Positions 41,189 through 55,956 of a DNA stretch of 64,000 nucleotides are shown piece after piece. A program made the translations under genes and the position numbers. Source of the DNA: Octopus vulgaris (lineage: Eukaryota); NCBI GenBank assembly GCA_951406725.2, contig OX597838.1, forward strand, positions 8,432,001 to 8,496,000, given 5' to 3'. How positions within the stretch are numbered: the first letter of the stretch is position 1; every line of letters begins with the position of its first letter. The notes beneath the pieces were generated by a model, which was not told the DNA's origin, did not search any database, and was given only the letters and a program-made list of their open reading frames with translations.

Positions 41189-41323
41189 AAATCCACTCAC
41201 AAGGCATTGGTCGGCCCGAGGCTATAGTAGAAGACACTTGCCCAAGATGCCACGCAGTGGGACTGAACTCGGAACCATGTGGTTGGTAAGCAAGCTACTT
41301 ACCACACAGCCACTCCTGCACCT
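40773..41323. mobile_element. Internally deleted plus-strand SINE A (40773-41147) and inverted SINE A head (41187-41323)
   Basis: Head, (TA)n and 3' tip on the plus strand, then a minus-strand head fragment. Confidence 0.85.
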
Positions 41324-41355
41324 ATATATATATACATGCATACATACATCTATAC

Positions 41356-41402
<47 letters not shown>

Positions 41403-41414
41403 CGTGTGTGTGTG

Positions 41415-41455
<41 letters not shown>

Positions 41456-42064
41456 GTTGGCACCAAAATATGCTAGCGAGTACAAAGGTGTATAGATGAT
41501 TTGCTGACAGTGAATGCATTCCAGCGTTTACAATAATATATACTGACAACGAAGACCTGTTCCGCTGACAAATGTCGAAATAATTTCAAACAATTCTTTG
41601 ATATTGTTATGACAAACAGGCTTTTTAACAGTGATATTATTAGTTTTATGGCTAGAATTTAAAATTCATAATCCGAAGTACCAACATGTATCTCTAAGCT
41701 TGTATATATATACATGTATATATGTGTGTGCATGTGAGTGTGTGTGTCTATGTATATATATATATATATATATATATAAGTATATGTATATACATATATA
41801 TACATATATATGCATATATATGTATATAAATGTATATGCCTATATATGTACATATATAGTTATAAATATGTATATACATATATGATATATTAATGATATA
41901 TAGATATATATATATATATATATGCATATGTATCTATACATATATGTATATCTATATGCATATATATGTGTATATATACACACGTATGTATGTATGTATG
42001 TATGTAGATATGGATATGTGAGTGAATATGTCAATTATGACACTTTTGCTTTAAAAATATATGC

Positions 42065-42121
<57 letters not shown>

Positions 42122-42321
42122 TGTGTACGTGTGTGTGTGTGTGTGTGAGTCTTTATACGTGTGTTTGTGTGTGCATGGACACATGCAGACAAGCATATAT
42201 ACATAGAAATCTGCCTAGAGATCGACAGGTGTGTGTATGTTTATATATATGCGTGTGTGCGTGTATATAGAAAGATAGATAGGCAGACAGACAGACAGAC
42301 AAACAGATGGATAGATAGATG

Positions 42322-42410
<89 letters not shown>

Positions 42411-42704
42411 GTAAGTAGGTAGCTAGGGAGAAAGGAATAGACTTACATACAATCAGATAGAGAAAATACAGACTTTTACATGGATTAGTAGCGCACTTTT
42501 ATTAATTTACTTAACTTTGGCCAGGCTGGGGCAGCAATTCGAACGGCTTCGAAGCAGCTACACTGAAATCAGTATATATTTCAATACGGTTAGCATTGTA
42601 TCGTTCTTTCTTCCTCGATCTGTTCGGTCTGAATACGAAAAGAAACGGATGAACAACACCTGTTTTTCACTAATGTTTAAATGATAAATTCACACACGGC
42701 ATCA

Positions 42705-42742
<38 letters not shown>

Positions 42743-42849
42743 ATGCAAATACTCAATCATATACATACATATGTGTGCGTGACTACGTCTGTGCAGATGC
42801 ATGTATGTTCATATATGCATAAATGCATACATTCTTCAACATATACATA

Positions 42850-42889
<40 letters not shown>

Positions 42890-42912
42890 TATAAAAATAT
42901 ATGTGTATTTAC

Positions 42913-42956
<44 letters not shown>

Positions 42957-43855
42957 AATACACATATATTTTTATACTTATATATATATATACATACATA
43001 CATGCACACACACACACATATATATATATATATGTAAGCACGGGTATATCTATTTACATATTTGTTTTCCATCTATACAAACGCTCGTGTATGTGTATGT
43101 ATATGTTTTTGTATGAATATGTAAATAAATATATACATATATATATATATACATATAAATATGTATAAATATGTATAAATATGCTTTCACACCCCTCTAT
43201 ACACACACACACAGACACACACATGCACACATGTATGTATGTATATAGACATATCTATAAAAACATGCGTAGCGAAATATGGACTAAAACTTTAAAATTT
43301 TGACACCAAATCAAGAAGACAGATTCCTATACATCTTCCGACCTCTCCAGCTACAAGAGAATATTAAGCGATAAAGGTCACGCTAAGATACAATACGGAA
43401 ACAGATTTCAAAATATGGACGCTGACAAGTTAGCCAATCAGCGATAACCACGTAATGAAATTAAAATGGATTCCTGGTTATAGTCAACAATACTTTCATT
43501 GAAATCAAATTTAAGCTGGAGACAATGTTGACGGAACGTTAAATTATATATTCGTTTAATATATAAAATCAGGTTGAGTTCAAAATAGACCAGAGAAGCA
43601 TATGAAATATACTTGTGTAGATCTTAAGTGGCAACTCACTTTACGTAGATAAATATTAATGAGTTTTCGAAGTCAGTTTTAATTTGCGTTCGCCATTTCG
43701 CTAGCGGAGTGTTGTTGTGAAGTTGCTTGTCTCCTGAACATAAGTATGTATGTCAGTTCGACCAGGTTTGTGTGTGTGTGTAAGTCCATCTTTTATAAAT
43801 GTGTGTGCGTGTAAGTATGTAGGTGTATAAAATATTTGTATATATAATGTAAATT

Positions 43856-44202
<347 letters not shown>

Positions 44203-44399
44203 GATATAATGTGTACTTAATATATACATACAGGTACATCTATGTACTTATATGTGTGTACTTTTATGCATTTCAACCCAAAGGCTGTCGCCATGCTGAG
44301 GCACCACAGTATCGTTACCTTTTCAATATCCATTCTCTCGTGATTGGCTTTTGTGTAGGGGGGAATTCGATATCGCTTCCCTCTTTTGATCTTCTTGTC

Positions 44400-45400
44400 G
44401 TGATGTATGTCCATCTGGAACCTTGAACAGCAGAAGGTCAAGTTGTTTCTGAAAATATCTATCCCTACCTAATGTAAATCTCTGAGATGTTTTGGCAAGG
44501 TATTAAATAGTAGTTGGCCCTTGAATTCCAAGCTATTGAACTACTTTATATGGGATTGCTGGGACCATTGGAACAGAGCAGTGATGTCTAGTTCGGGGGG
44601 CTGGTATCGATTCCATGCCAAATTTGGGTGCCAACACCTTCAGGATCTTCCATACGTATATTATTGCATACCTCTCCCGTCTCTGCTCCAGGTAGTTGAG
44701 TCGTAGCTCTTTCAAACTTTCCCAGTAGCTCATCTCTTCCATTGATGTAATCTTCCTGCCGATATTTCCGCTATCAATTCCACAATTCGGAACCAGCATA
44801 GTTTCCTGGTCCCTTGTTATCAACGATCTCAGAATCCATCTGGTCATTCGCCTTCACATTACCACCATCTTGGTGGTATATGGACGTAAGGCGACAAGCT
44901 GGCAGAAACGTTAGCACGCCGGGCGAAATGCTTTGCGGTACTTCGTCTGCCGCTTCGTTCTGAGTTCAAATTCCGCCGAGGTCGACTTTGCCTTTCATCC
45001 TTTCGGGGTCGATTAAATAAGTACCAGTTACACACTGGGGTCGATATAATCGACTTAATCCGTTTGTCTGTCCTTGTTTGTCCTCTCTGTGTTTTGCCCC
45101 TTGTGGGTAGTAAAGAAATAGGTATATGGACGTAAAACAAGGCTCTGTAATCCGTTTGTCTGTCCTTGTTTGTCCTCTCTGTGTTTTGCCCCTTGTGGGT
45201 AGTAAAGAAATAGGTATATGGACGTAAAACAAGGCTCTGTTGCTCGTATCAATCCCCAGATCATTCGCGGTACTTGTCTCTGGAATTGCCGCTTCGTTAG
45301 GTCCAAAGTATCAAAGCATCAAGCTGATAGCGGAAAGCTTGAAGTTTCCCTGCATTAAACTTTATGTTGTCTTCTTCAGGCCATTTATAAATGGCCTCTA
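44400..45400 (-). pseudogene. Degenerate CR1/L2-type LINE RT C-terminal fragment interrupted by a SINE
   Basis: Peptides EDNIKFNAGK, NDLGI, MTRWILRS, SYWESLKELRLNYLEQRRERYAIIYVWKIL and LFNTLPKHLRDL. Confidence 0.8.
44890..45239 (+). mobile_element. SINE family B with a 15-bp TSD and a later 92-bp tandem duplication of its 3' junction
   Basis: GGTATATGGACGTAA at 44875-44889 and 45121-45135; 45056-45147 is repeated as 45148-45239. Confidence 0.92.
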
Positions 45401-45702
45401 GGTCTTTCGATTGCAGGCATCAATCCGATTACCGCTAGTAATTCATCGCAAGGGAAGTTCACCGCAAGTTAAGTTTACTGAGAAAATGTACTCATGGCAT
45501 CTCACCACGAATAGTTAAAACTATTTTACTGTAAAAAAAAAAAAAAATTGACGGCGGTGAACTTAGCGGACATGAGATCTTTCTGTAGGATATTGGCATC
45601 GAAAGGTTCTCAGACAGTTGTACTACTTTTGTGTCGTTGGCATTGCTATTAAGTGTGGCTGTCTGCGTAACTGATGGCATTCTGAAAGAGCTACCAAAAA
45701 CA

Positions 45703-45799
<97 letters not shown>

Positions 45800-45928
45800 G
45801 TGTGTGTGTGTGAGCGGATATCTGAATATTTGGTGAGTGACGTGAAAAACAAGGAGAAAAAGCAGGATATAAACATATCAGCACTCCAACATATATACAT
45901 ATATAACGATCGATAGACAGATATATGC

Positions 45929-45959
<31 letters not shown>

Positions 45960-45975
45960 TGTATAAAGAAAGAGA

Positions 45976-46019
<44 letters not shown>

Positions 46020-46534
46020 CTACAGTCACTTCAAAATGGCGGTCGTCATTGGGAGAAGCATGATTAGCATGAAAGCGCCTCTGCTCTGAAGTAAGTTCTA
46101 TTGTCATCTCACACAACAAAGCTACACAAATGTTGTTCCCATAATGCTCCAGTCGAGTGTGTCAGTGTGACTTCTGTTGAAGACATATTTCTCTTTCAAT
46201 TCCCTCGACACACATATACGGAGAAATTCTTTAAAAATACACTTAAATAGAGAAAAAAAACAGAGAAAACATCGCAAACACACAAAACGTATTGGTTTGT
46301 ATAGATATTACTTGTCTTAGTGTTTGTATAGATATTACTTGTCTTAGAGTTGTGTATCTCCGTGTATACATGTATATGTATAACTATGTGTGTGTGCATT
46401 TATACATACATACATGTACACACGTTTACACAAACACACAAATATTCGCATTTGTAACTGGTTATACATTACGGGTAGAGATAAATACATGGTTAGCTAA
46501 ACATAAATATATAGATAGATAGTAGACAGATGGG

Positions 46535-46610
<76 letters not shown>

Positions 46611-46626
46611 TAGATAGACGGACAGG

Positions 46627-46698
<72 letters not shown>

Positions 46699-47086
46699 CA
46701 GACATACAGACAGACTGACAGACAGACAAGCAAATTGATAGATACAGATATATAGATAGTTACATAGATAGATTGAAGGAGTGGTTGATTTATTGATGAG
46801 GTGTGTGTTTGTTGAAACGTGTAGAGATGCGTGTATGTGCGTGTATATATGTATATGAGCGTGAGTGAGTACATATATATGTCTATACAAACACACACAC
46901 ACACACGTGTGTGTGTGTGCTCAATGTTTATGTTGATGTATGCTCTAAAATATGTGTGTGCATTGTTGTATGTATGCATGTGTGTATGTATAAACATTTT
47001 TGCGTATGCATATGCACATGTAAACATCATTTATGCATGTGTGCATATGTGCCGATATGTAATATATATATATATATATGTATATA

Positions 47087-47158
<72 letters not shown>

Positions 47159-47183
47159 TATATATATGTGTGTGTGTATATAT

Positions 47184-47232
<49 letters not shown>

Positions 47233-48459
47233 ATACACATAAATATATAGATATAGACATACACACACACATATATATTATTACATTTATATATGCGTGT
47301 ATGTATGTATTTATGTCCCTATGTAAGTATATAATATGTCTGCCTAAGCGTATGTAGACATCTGTGTGAACATACACACACACACACACACACACACATA
47401 CACACACACGCAAATGAAATAATTGAACGAGGTGTAAATAGCAGAAGAGTCTCTTTTACGATGAGCAGCCTTCAATCACACTTCTCTCTCCAGATATTTG
47501 CCTTGTCGGAGTAATCTGCCGGAAAAAGCTGTGACAATTGCCAGCATTCACACATGCGCACATTTACCGGAAGGGTAAAACATGCTGACACCTTTTTCTC
47601 CTGGCTCTCCGCTCTTCTTTTTCCTCTTCCAACTCTATCTCTTTTTGCTATCTTTTATCTCTCATTATTTATATTTTCTTCTTTTTAGTATTAATTATTC
47701 TCGTTCTTTCTTTCACTCTTTCTATCTTTCTTTCATTTTTTTCGCTCTTTCATCCAGTTTGTTTTACTAAATATTACTTTTTATCCCGCTTTCTTTTCTT
47801 TTTTTAATCATGAGATCTTCCTCTTCTCTTTCGATCGTCTGCTCAGCCGTTTTTATCTAGTTATTTATTTTTGTTACATTCTGGTCGTTCTTTTGTTTGT
47901 TTTACTTTATTATCTCGCATGTTCTGTAGATAATATATTCGAATGCTTTCATCTGATGTCTGCTTTTAATCTAATCTACCTGCACATCTCGTTACCGTAC
48001 CCTGCGATTTGGCCATATCCAAGACATAAAATTCATTGAGTCTGTCATCCTCCAGTGACCATGTATGTGTCTTGGACAGGTTACACTTAATTAAGAGGCA
48101 ACTCAGAGCCCAGGCCCTTCAAAATGTCTCCAAAACTGGTGGGAGGGAACGATGAAGGTATTCTTAAACTGGAGTTCTGTCCCAGATGTTTACAGCATAA
48201 TGGTGTCTTCTAAAGATGTTAGGTGCTGGTGTAGAACTGGGTGACGGAGGAATTCTATCACCCACGTAGGTCATGGCGGGATTTGATTACAGAACTCAAA
48301 GAGTCGGAATAAATACCACAAGGCACCCAATCCCACCGTTCTTACACTCCTGAATATCCACTTCATTGGATTGATACTTTTGATAAATTTTGAAAAATAA
48401 TGAAATTTTTCAAGAATTAGATAAAATAACTTTGTTGTTATTATAAGCTGGTGCAAGGG

Positions 48460-48878
48460 TGCCAGCTGGCAGAATGGTTAGCACAACGGGAAAAGTGCTT
48501 CGCGGCGTTTCGTTCGTCTTCACGTCCCGAGTTCAAATCCCGTCGATGTCGACTTTGCCTTTCATCCTTTCGTGGTCGATAAAATAAGTACCAGTTGAGC
48601 AATGGGGCCGATATAATCGACTAGCTCCCTTCCCCTTAAAAAATATCACGCTTTGTACCTATAGAAGAAAAGATTATTATTAGCTGATATAAGGCTGAGA
48701 ACGGGCATATTCGTTAGAACACCGGCGAGACGTTTAGCGTATTTCGCTCGTCATTAGGTTCTAAGTTCAAATCCCGCCGAGGTCGACTTTGCCCTTCATC
48801 ATAAAACAAGTACCAGTCATATACTGGTGTTGATGTAATCCACTATCTCCCTCCCACCACATTTAAGACTTTGTGCCT
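48460..48878 (+). mobile_element. Two diverged SINE family B copies
   Basis: About 48460-48680 and 48693-48878, both with the GTTCAAATCCCG.CGA.GTCGACTTTGCC domain. Confidence 0.82.
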
Positions 48879-48882
48879 ATAT

Positions 48883-49044
48883 GGCGCAGGGGTGGCTGTG
48901 TGGTAAGTAGCTTGCTAACCAACCACATGGTTCCGGGTTCAATCCACTGCGTGGCATCTTGGGCAAGTGTCTTCTGCTATAGCCCCGGGCCGACCAATGC
49001 CTTCTGAGTGGATTTTGGTAGACGGAAACTGAAAGAAGTCTGTC

Positions 49045-49122
<78 letters not shown>

Positions 49123-49339
49123 TTGTGTGTCTGTGTTTGTCCCCCTAGCATTGCTTGACAACCGATGCTGGTGTGTTTACGTCCCCGTCACTTAGCGGTT
49201 CAGCAAAAGAGACCGATAGAATAAGTACTGGGCTTACAAAGAATAAGTCCCGGGGTCGATTTGCTCAACTGAAGGTGGTGCTCCAGCATGGCCGCAGTCA
49301 AATGACTGAAAAGAGTAAAAGAGTAAAAGAGTAAAGAGT
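48883..49339 (+). mobile_element. SINE family A, full length
   Basis: tRNA-like head GGCGCAGGGGTGGCTGTGTGGTAAG...GGTTCAATCC, internal (TA)n, tail (AAAAGAGT)n. Confidence 0.93.
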
Positions 49340-49696
49340 ATGTGTGTGTGTATTATATAATTAATATATAAGTATTAAATATGTAATAATTATATTATAT
49401 ATTATGGATTTATGTTTTATTCCTGTCCATGGAAAAAATTGCTTGGTCTAAAACTGTTTCGTGGTGTAGAACAATTGGGGACTGCTGCTATAGGCCATGT
49501 GTTTATTGGTAGAAACCGACCTCCGATTCGATGTCCGACAGCGGATTGACCATGCTGACGTCCGAGTTTAGTAGAATGTGGAAAGAATTCATACCTTAAT
49601 AGGTCGATTCTCGCTGTTTTGTGCGTAAATAATAAACTAGATCAGAAATACTAAATTTCTAAATCTCTCGTAGAGACATGTACGGTGGTGGGGCGA

Positions 49697-50072
49697 TAGA
49701 ATGGTTGCATACTGTCAATCTAACACGAACGTGACAGTAGGGGGTACACCACCGCTGTTTAGCCCTAGGAAGCATCGACGCCTCCTGATGGCTTTGACAC
49801 ATTTTTCCTGTGTCCTTATATACATTTACGAAGGGGAGACAAATACCCCCAGCCGCCCGGGCTGCATCTAGGGACAATCATCCTGAAACACGTGTCCCTA
49901 GATGCAGCCCGGGCGGCTGGGGGTATTTGTCTCCCCTTCGTAAATGTATATAAGGACACAGGAAAAATGTGTCAAAGCCATCAGGAGGCGTCGATGCTTC
50001 CTAGGGCTAAACAGCGGTGGTGTGCCCCCTACTGTCACGTTCGTGTTAGATTGACAGTATACAACCATTCTA
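49697..50072. mobile_element. Near-perfect 180-bp-arm palindrome (foldback/MITE-like)
   Basis: 49697-49876 pairs with 49893-50072 with 2 mismatches and a 16-bp spacer; mirror ORFs 49659..49877(-) and 49892..50179(+) confirm it. Confidence 0.85.
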
Positions 50073-50665
50073 ATAAACTAGAGATTGCTATAAAGAATAA
50101 CGGAGAAATCGTCTCTCTTGCGATGAATCAACGTTTGCCAAGACCAGGGCGATATATTTTAGCATTCGCTGAATACTAATTGTAAAGCAATTAACATAAG
50201 ACTCACCTGCAATAGATAGAAAATAGTTAAAAAGCGACGACATAAGGAAAGGTATACGAACTACCGAAAGAAATACTGTTCAGTAAGGTATAACAACACA
50301 AATCTCTTTTTTCATTTTCCTGTTCCAGAAAGATGATATCTTACATTAATTATTCAAAACGAACGACATAAAAGTTCGTCATTCTACAATCCGTCTTGTA
50401 TGAAAATTAGCTTGTTAAATAACCAAGCATTCTTTCAACACATTACAAACGGAAGAAAACCGATGAATAGACAATAGTAATTGTTGAAACCTTAAGCTAA
50501 TGTGTAACTTCGATGTGTATCAGATCACTAAACCTGTCTCCTATCGAATTAACAGAAAACGTCTTTGTCCGAACAAGCGTTCGATGTTAATTATGAAAGC
50601 TGTACTGAGTTGCATCAATAGATTGCGTTTATAGTGTGACATCATTTTATTACCGAATATTTTTC

Positions 50666-50886
50666 ATTTCTTTACTACCCACAAGGGGCCAAACACAGAG
50701 GGGACAAACAAGGACAGACAAAGGGATTAAGTCGATTATATCGACACCAGTGCGAAACTGGTACTTTATTTAATCGACCCCGAAAGGATGAAAGGCAAAA
50801 TCGACCTCGGCGGAATTTGAACTCAGAACGTAACGACAGACGAAATACGGTTACGCATTTCGCCCGGTGCGCTAACGTTTCTGCCT
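50666..50886 (-). mobile_element. SINE family B
   Basis: Reverse complement of the family B consensus. Confidence 0.9.
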
Positions 50887-51726
50887 GAAGCATCACAGCT
50901 TTAATATGGGAATACCAAATTCATGCCCATGTCATTTCTCTTAACACACACACACATTGGTTATCCAGGAATATCTTTATGGTTCTGGGTAGCCAATGCT
51001 CCATCAACAGCTGAGCGTGATACGACGGATAGAGGAACATATTCTGAACCTAAAAACTCTATGGCCCTCCTTAATAAGCTAACACGCATTATATCCAATG
51101 TACACAGAAAAACGTCAGCAATACAACTGTAAAAGTGTATAGACAATTAAGGACTCTTCGCTAGAGGGCACCACACTCGAAATCAAAACTACGGCACACC
51201 CAGCCACTAAAATGAACAAAGGACCGTGCAAAAGCACTAATCTCAACCTTGACCTGAATAGACCGAACCTTGACTTGGGACAGGAGTGGTGGGAATCTGA
51301 GGTCAAGCACACAAGCCTAAGCACTGATGCTAACTAACGAAAAGCTAACCCCGCGCAGTTCGCTTTGAGACTGACCAAATGGACAGAGCCTGAAGAAGCT
51401 GCACCGATAATAGTGGCACAGGATGCATCTGCAACGGCCAGTAACCTGGGCAGTGGAAACATGCGTAGGTCATTGTATTGAAAGGTGAGTGAAAGTTGCG
51501 AAAATGGCAAGAGTGGATGGTACCTCTCTCTAAGTGTAGACCTGTGAGTCGGAGAGAAGGAATTGGAGAGGGCACTTGTTCCTATGGTTTCCGGGAAATC
51601 TCGGACAGCGGGGTTCCTCCATTATCCCTAGAGGCGTTCCTGTATCAGGGCCACATATTTATGCATGTGTCTCTTCTTTTCCAGCTTTATGCTTGTCTCA
51701 TGCTTCGCCCTTGTAGCAAATAAATG

Positions 51727-53095
<1,369 letters not shown>

Positions 53096-53251
53096 GAAAC
53101 GCTTTTTTCACTGCTCCTTCCTTCTTTCCCGCCATTTCCAGTCTTCCATAATTTAATAACAAATACCAATAACATTATATTAATGAAATTTCAATTATAC
53201 TTCTTTTTACAAAAAAAGCTCATTTTTAACCACTTACACACTCACATAAAT

Positions 53252-53363
<112 letters not shown>

Positions 53364-53849
53364 ACGCATGTATATATAAAATATATATATATATATATAT
53401 ATATATTGTATATATATATATCTGTACGCATGTATGTGTATGCGTGTATACGCATGTATGTGTGCTTGTATGTATATGTATATATATACATATAGTTATG
53501 TATGTATGTATACACACACACTGAGTTTCTAAACCAGGCACAGACAGCGAGAAAACAAACTCAAACATACTAGTTCACGGTGATCATCGCACACTCACCG
53601 ATGGCTACAAACACGTATATACACTCATATGCAATCATTATGAAGTGTTTTCTTCAAAATGCCTCTTGCAAATGGTAGACATACTCTTCCTCAACAACAT
53701 ATTTTAAAACCGCTTAAGGTAATTCACTCTCTCCCTCCCTCATTCCTCAAAATGTCAGTACTCCTCCACATTTATGGTGAATGTTAGATAACCAACGCTA
53801 GTTTCCTCTGACGCTTATATATACATACATACATACATACATACATACA

Positions 53850-55435
53850 GAAGCGATTTCCTGTAGATTTACTGTAACATTCCTCGAAAACAATACATTA
53901 CTATTCAACGGAAAAACTAGCTCCAAATTCGAGGCACAGCTATGGGGTTGCGAATTACTCCAGTTTTCGCGAACTCAGTATTGGGATACTTGGAACAAGA
54001 CCAACTTTTAAAAATTGAAGAGAACTACAGTATCACCTTTAAAAGACATATAGAGGACACATGGAAAAGATACCTCGATGATTGTTTCCTTATTTGGACC
54101 AAATCCCTAGAAAATCTGGAAGAATACATCACCCTCCTTAACAATCTACACCCTGGTCTCAAATTCACAAGAGAAGTGAGCAACGGACCATTACCATTTC
54201 TTAAAATAATGGTAATTAAAAACACCACCACAATCACAACTGATATTTATTGCAAAAGCACAGATACACACCAGTACCTAAATTTCAAATCATGCCACCC
54301 AGCGCACACAGAACGCAACATCCCGTACTGTCTAGCCAGGAAAATTTGTACTATAGTAGAACATTCAAATACTAGAAACATGCGACTTATAAAACTCAAG
54401 GGATTTCTGCTCATGCAAAATTTTCCTCTCCTACTTATAGAAAATACAACGAGCAAGCGAGATGCCTATAGAACAGCTTAAGACGAACCCATCAACGGAA
54501 CATAATATCATTTCTAGTAACACACAATCCGCATCACCAAAACATTTCTAACATCATCAAAGCAAACTTGACAATCATAAAACAAAGTGAAAATTTTTTA
54601 AAAACATAACTAATCAAACACTTGTCTTAAGAGAAAGGCAACCACATAACCTAAAGAAACTATTAACAAAGGCAAAATTCATGAACAAACAGGATAAAAA
54701 CATTGACAGTATCCAAGTGGAATGATAACAGATGTGGAACGTGTCCAAACATGCAGACGGGTAGATCCGTTAGAACAAAAAATGGACAGATTTTTCTCAA
54801 ATGCAGATAAGAACTGCAAAAGCAGAAATTTGATCTACTGCATTAAATGCCCGAATTGCAAGGAATTATAGATAGGCGAGACAGGGAATGCATTATCGGA
54901 ATGCCAATGAGTCCACAGACAGCAAATCCAGAACACCAGTGTTTGCCAAATTCCACTGAGCAAACGTATAGGAACATGTGGTCAGAAAATGTTTCTAATT
55001 TTTCCTTTCCACAAACTACATGACACAAGTGAGGTTGGAAAAAAGATAAAAGAAAAACGGTTTATTAAAATATTCAGACCTGTTCTGAATGGAAATAATA
55101 GCAATAATATAACAACCAGTTAATGATGTGGATTAAAAGATAGAAACAAATTACAGAATATCAGTACGCCTGGCAAACAGTGATGTTTAAGGTGCATGCG
55201 GATTGGTCAAAAAGATATTAAAAAAATTTAGCTTATTGAAGCGTTCTAAGAGGTCCTAAATTTGTCAAGAACTCAACTGTCAGTTAAACACATTTGAAAT
55301 CTGATGATTACTACGAACGTATGAAAGCGCTAATTTAACTTTTTGGGCATTACTTAATATTTTTTTAATGCTAAAATACCATAATAAAAAACGTGAAAAC
55401 CACACCATGTTTTAACTTTATTCAAATGATATACA
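53850..55435 (+). mobile_element. 5'-truncated, disabled Penelope-like element (RT, Cys linker, GIY-YIG endonuclease, 3' UTR), probably Neptune-like
   Basis: LQIRGTAMG...FAN, WKRYLDDCFLIW, LPFLKIMV, TDIYCKSTDTHQYLNFKSCHP; RCGTC linker near 54730; NCKSRNLIYCIKCPNCKEL*IGETG from 54812; KEKRFIKIFRPVLN near the end; (ACAT)n and (AT)n flanks. Confidence 0.92.
55297..55336 (+). ncRNA. Minimal type I hammerhead ribozyme motif in the PLE 3' UTR
   Basis: aaat-CTGATGA-tTAC-tacgaac-GTAt-GAAA-GCGC-TA-attt; canonical core, palindromic stem III, first stem II pair is a U-U mismatch. Confidence 0.7.
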
Positions 55436-55447
55436 TATATATATATA

Positions 55448-55592
55448 TCTGTGTATCTTTCTGTTGAAGAGCGTAGGCTCGAAACGTTAAAGACTTGTTT
55501 TATTTATATTTCCTGAGCGCCATACTAATACAATTGTTTGTTTGTATTCCACCTGCCTTCGTCTTTTGTTTATTTTCATAAAGCTTCCCGTT
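55448..55592 (+). mobile_element. Hammerhead-bearing short element H1, copy 5
   Basis: 55456-55493: tcttt-CTGTTGA-A-GAGC-gtag-GCTC-GAAA-CG-TT-aaaga. Confidence 0.8.
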
Positions 55593-55736
55593 ATATACAT
55601 ACATACATACATACATACATACATACATACATACATACATACATACATACATACATACATACATGCATACATACATACATATGTAAATAAAACCAAGGAT
55701 GCGATGCGTTCCATGAATTAATAGGTTTAAAATCTT

Positions 55737-55956
55737 ATAGTAAATGCACAAACGAATGGAAAACAGACACAGAATGGCAAGTTGAAAAACATAGTAAATG
55801 TACAGACAAAAGGAAAACAGATACAGAAAGTCCCCAACTCTTCATAAGTTATCGCCCAAGGCACGAAATTGCGTTTGACACTGTGGCCTATAACTGATGA
55901 GTTGGGGACCTTCTGCGTCTGTTTTCCGTTCGTCTGTGCATTTACCATACGTTTTT
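55737..55956. repeat. Direct plus inverted repeat module (54-bp period direct repeat; ~68-bp imperfect hairpin arms)
   Basis: 55737-55774 resembles 55791-55828; 55784-55853 pairs with 55889-55956. Confidence 0.75.

Noticed and set aside
47480-47580. Possible exon (CTTCTCTCTCCAG acceptor, GG|GTAAAA donor)
   Set aside because: The donor is weak, the peptide is unrecognisable and there are no supporting neighbour exons.
49659-50179. Pair of divergent near-identical small genes
   Set aside because: Mirror translations of the palindrome arms.
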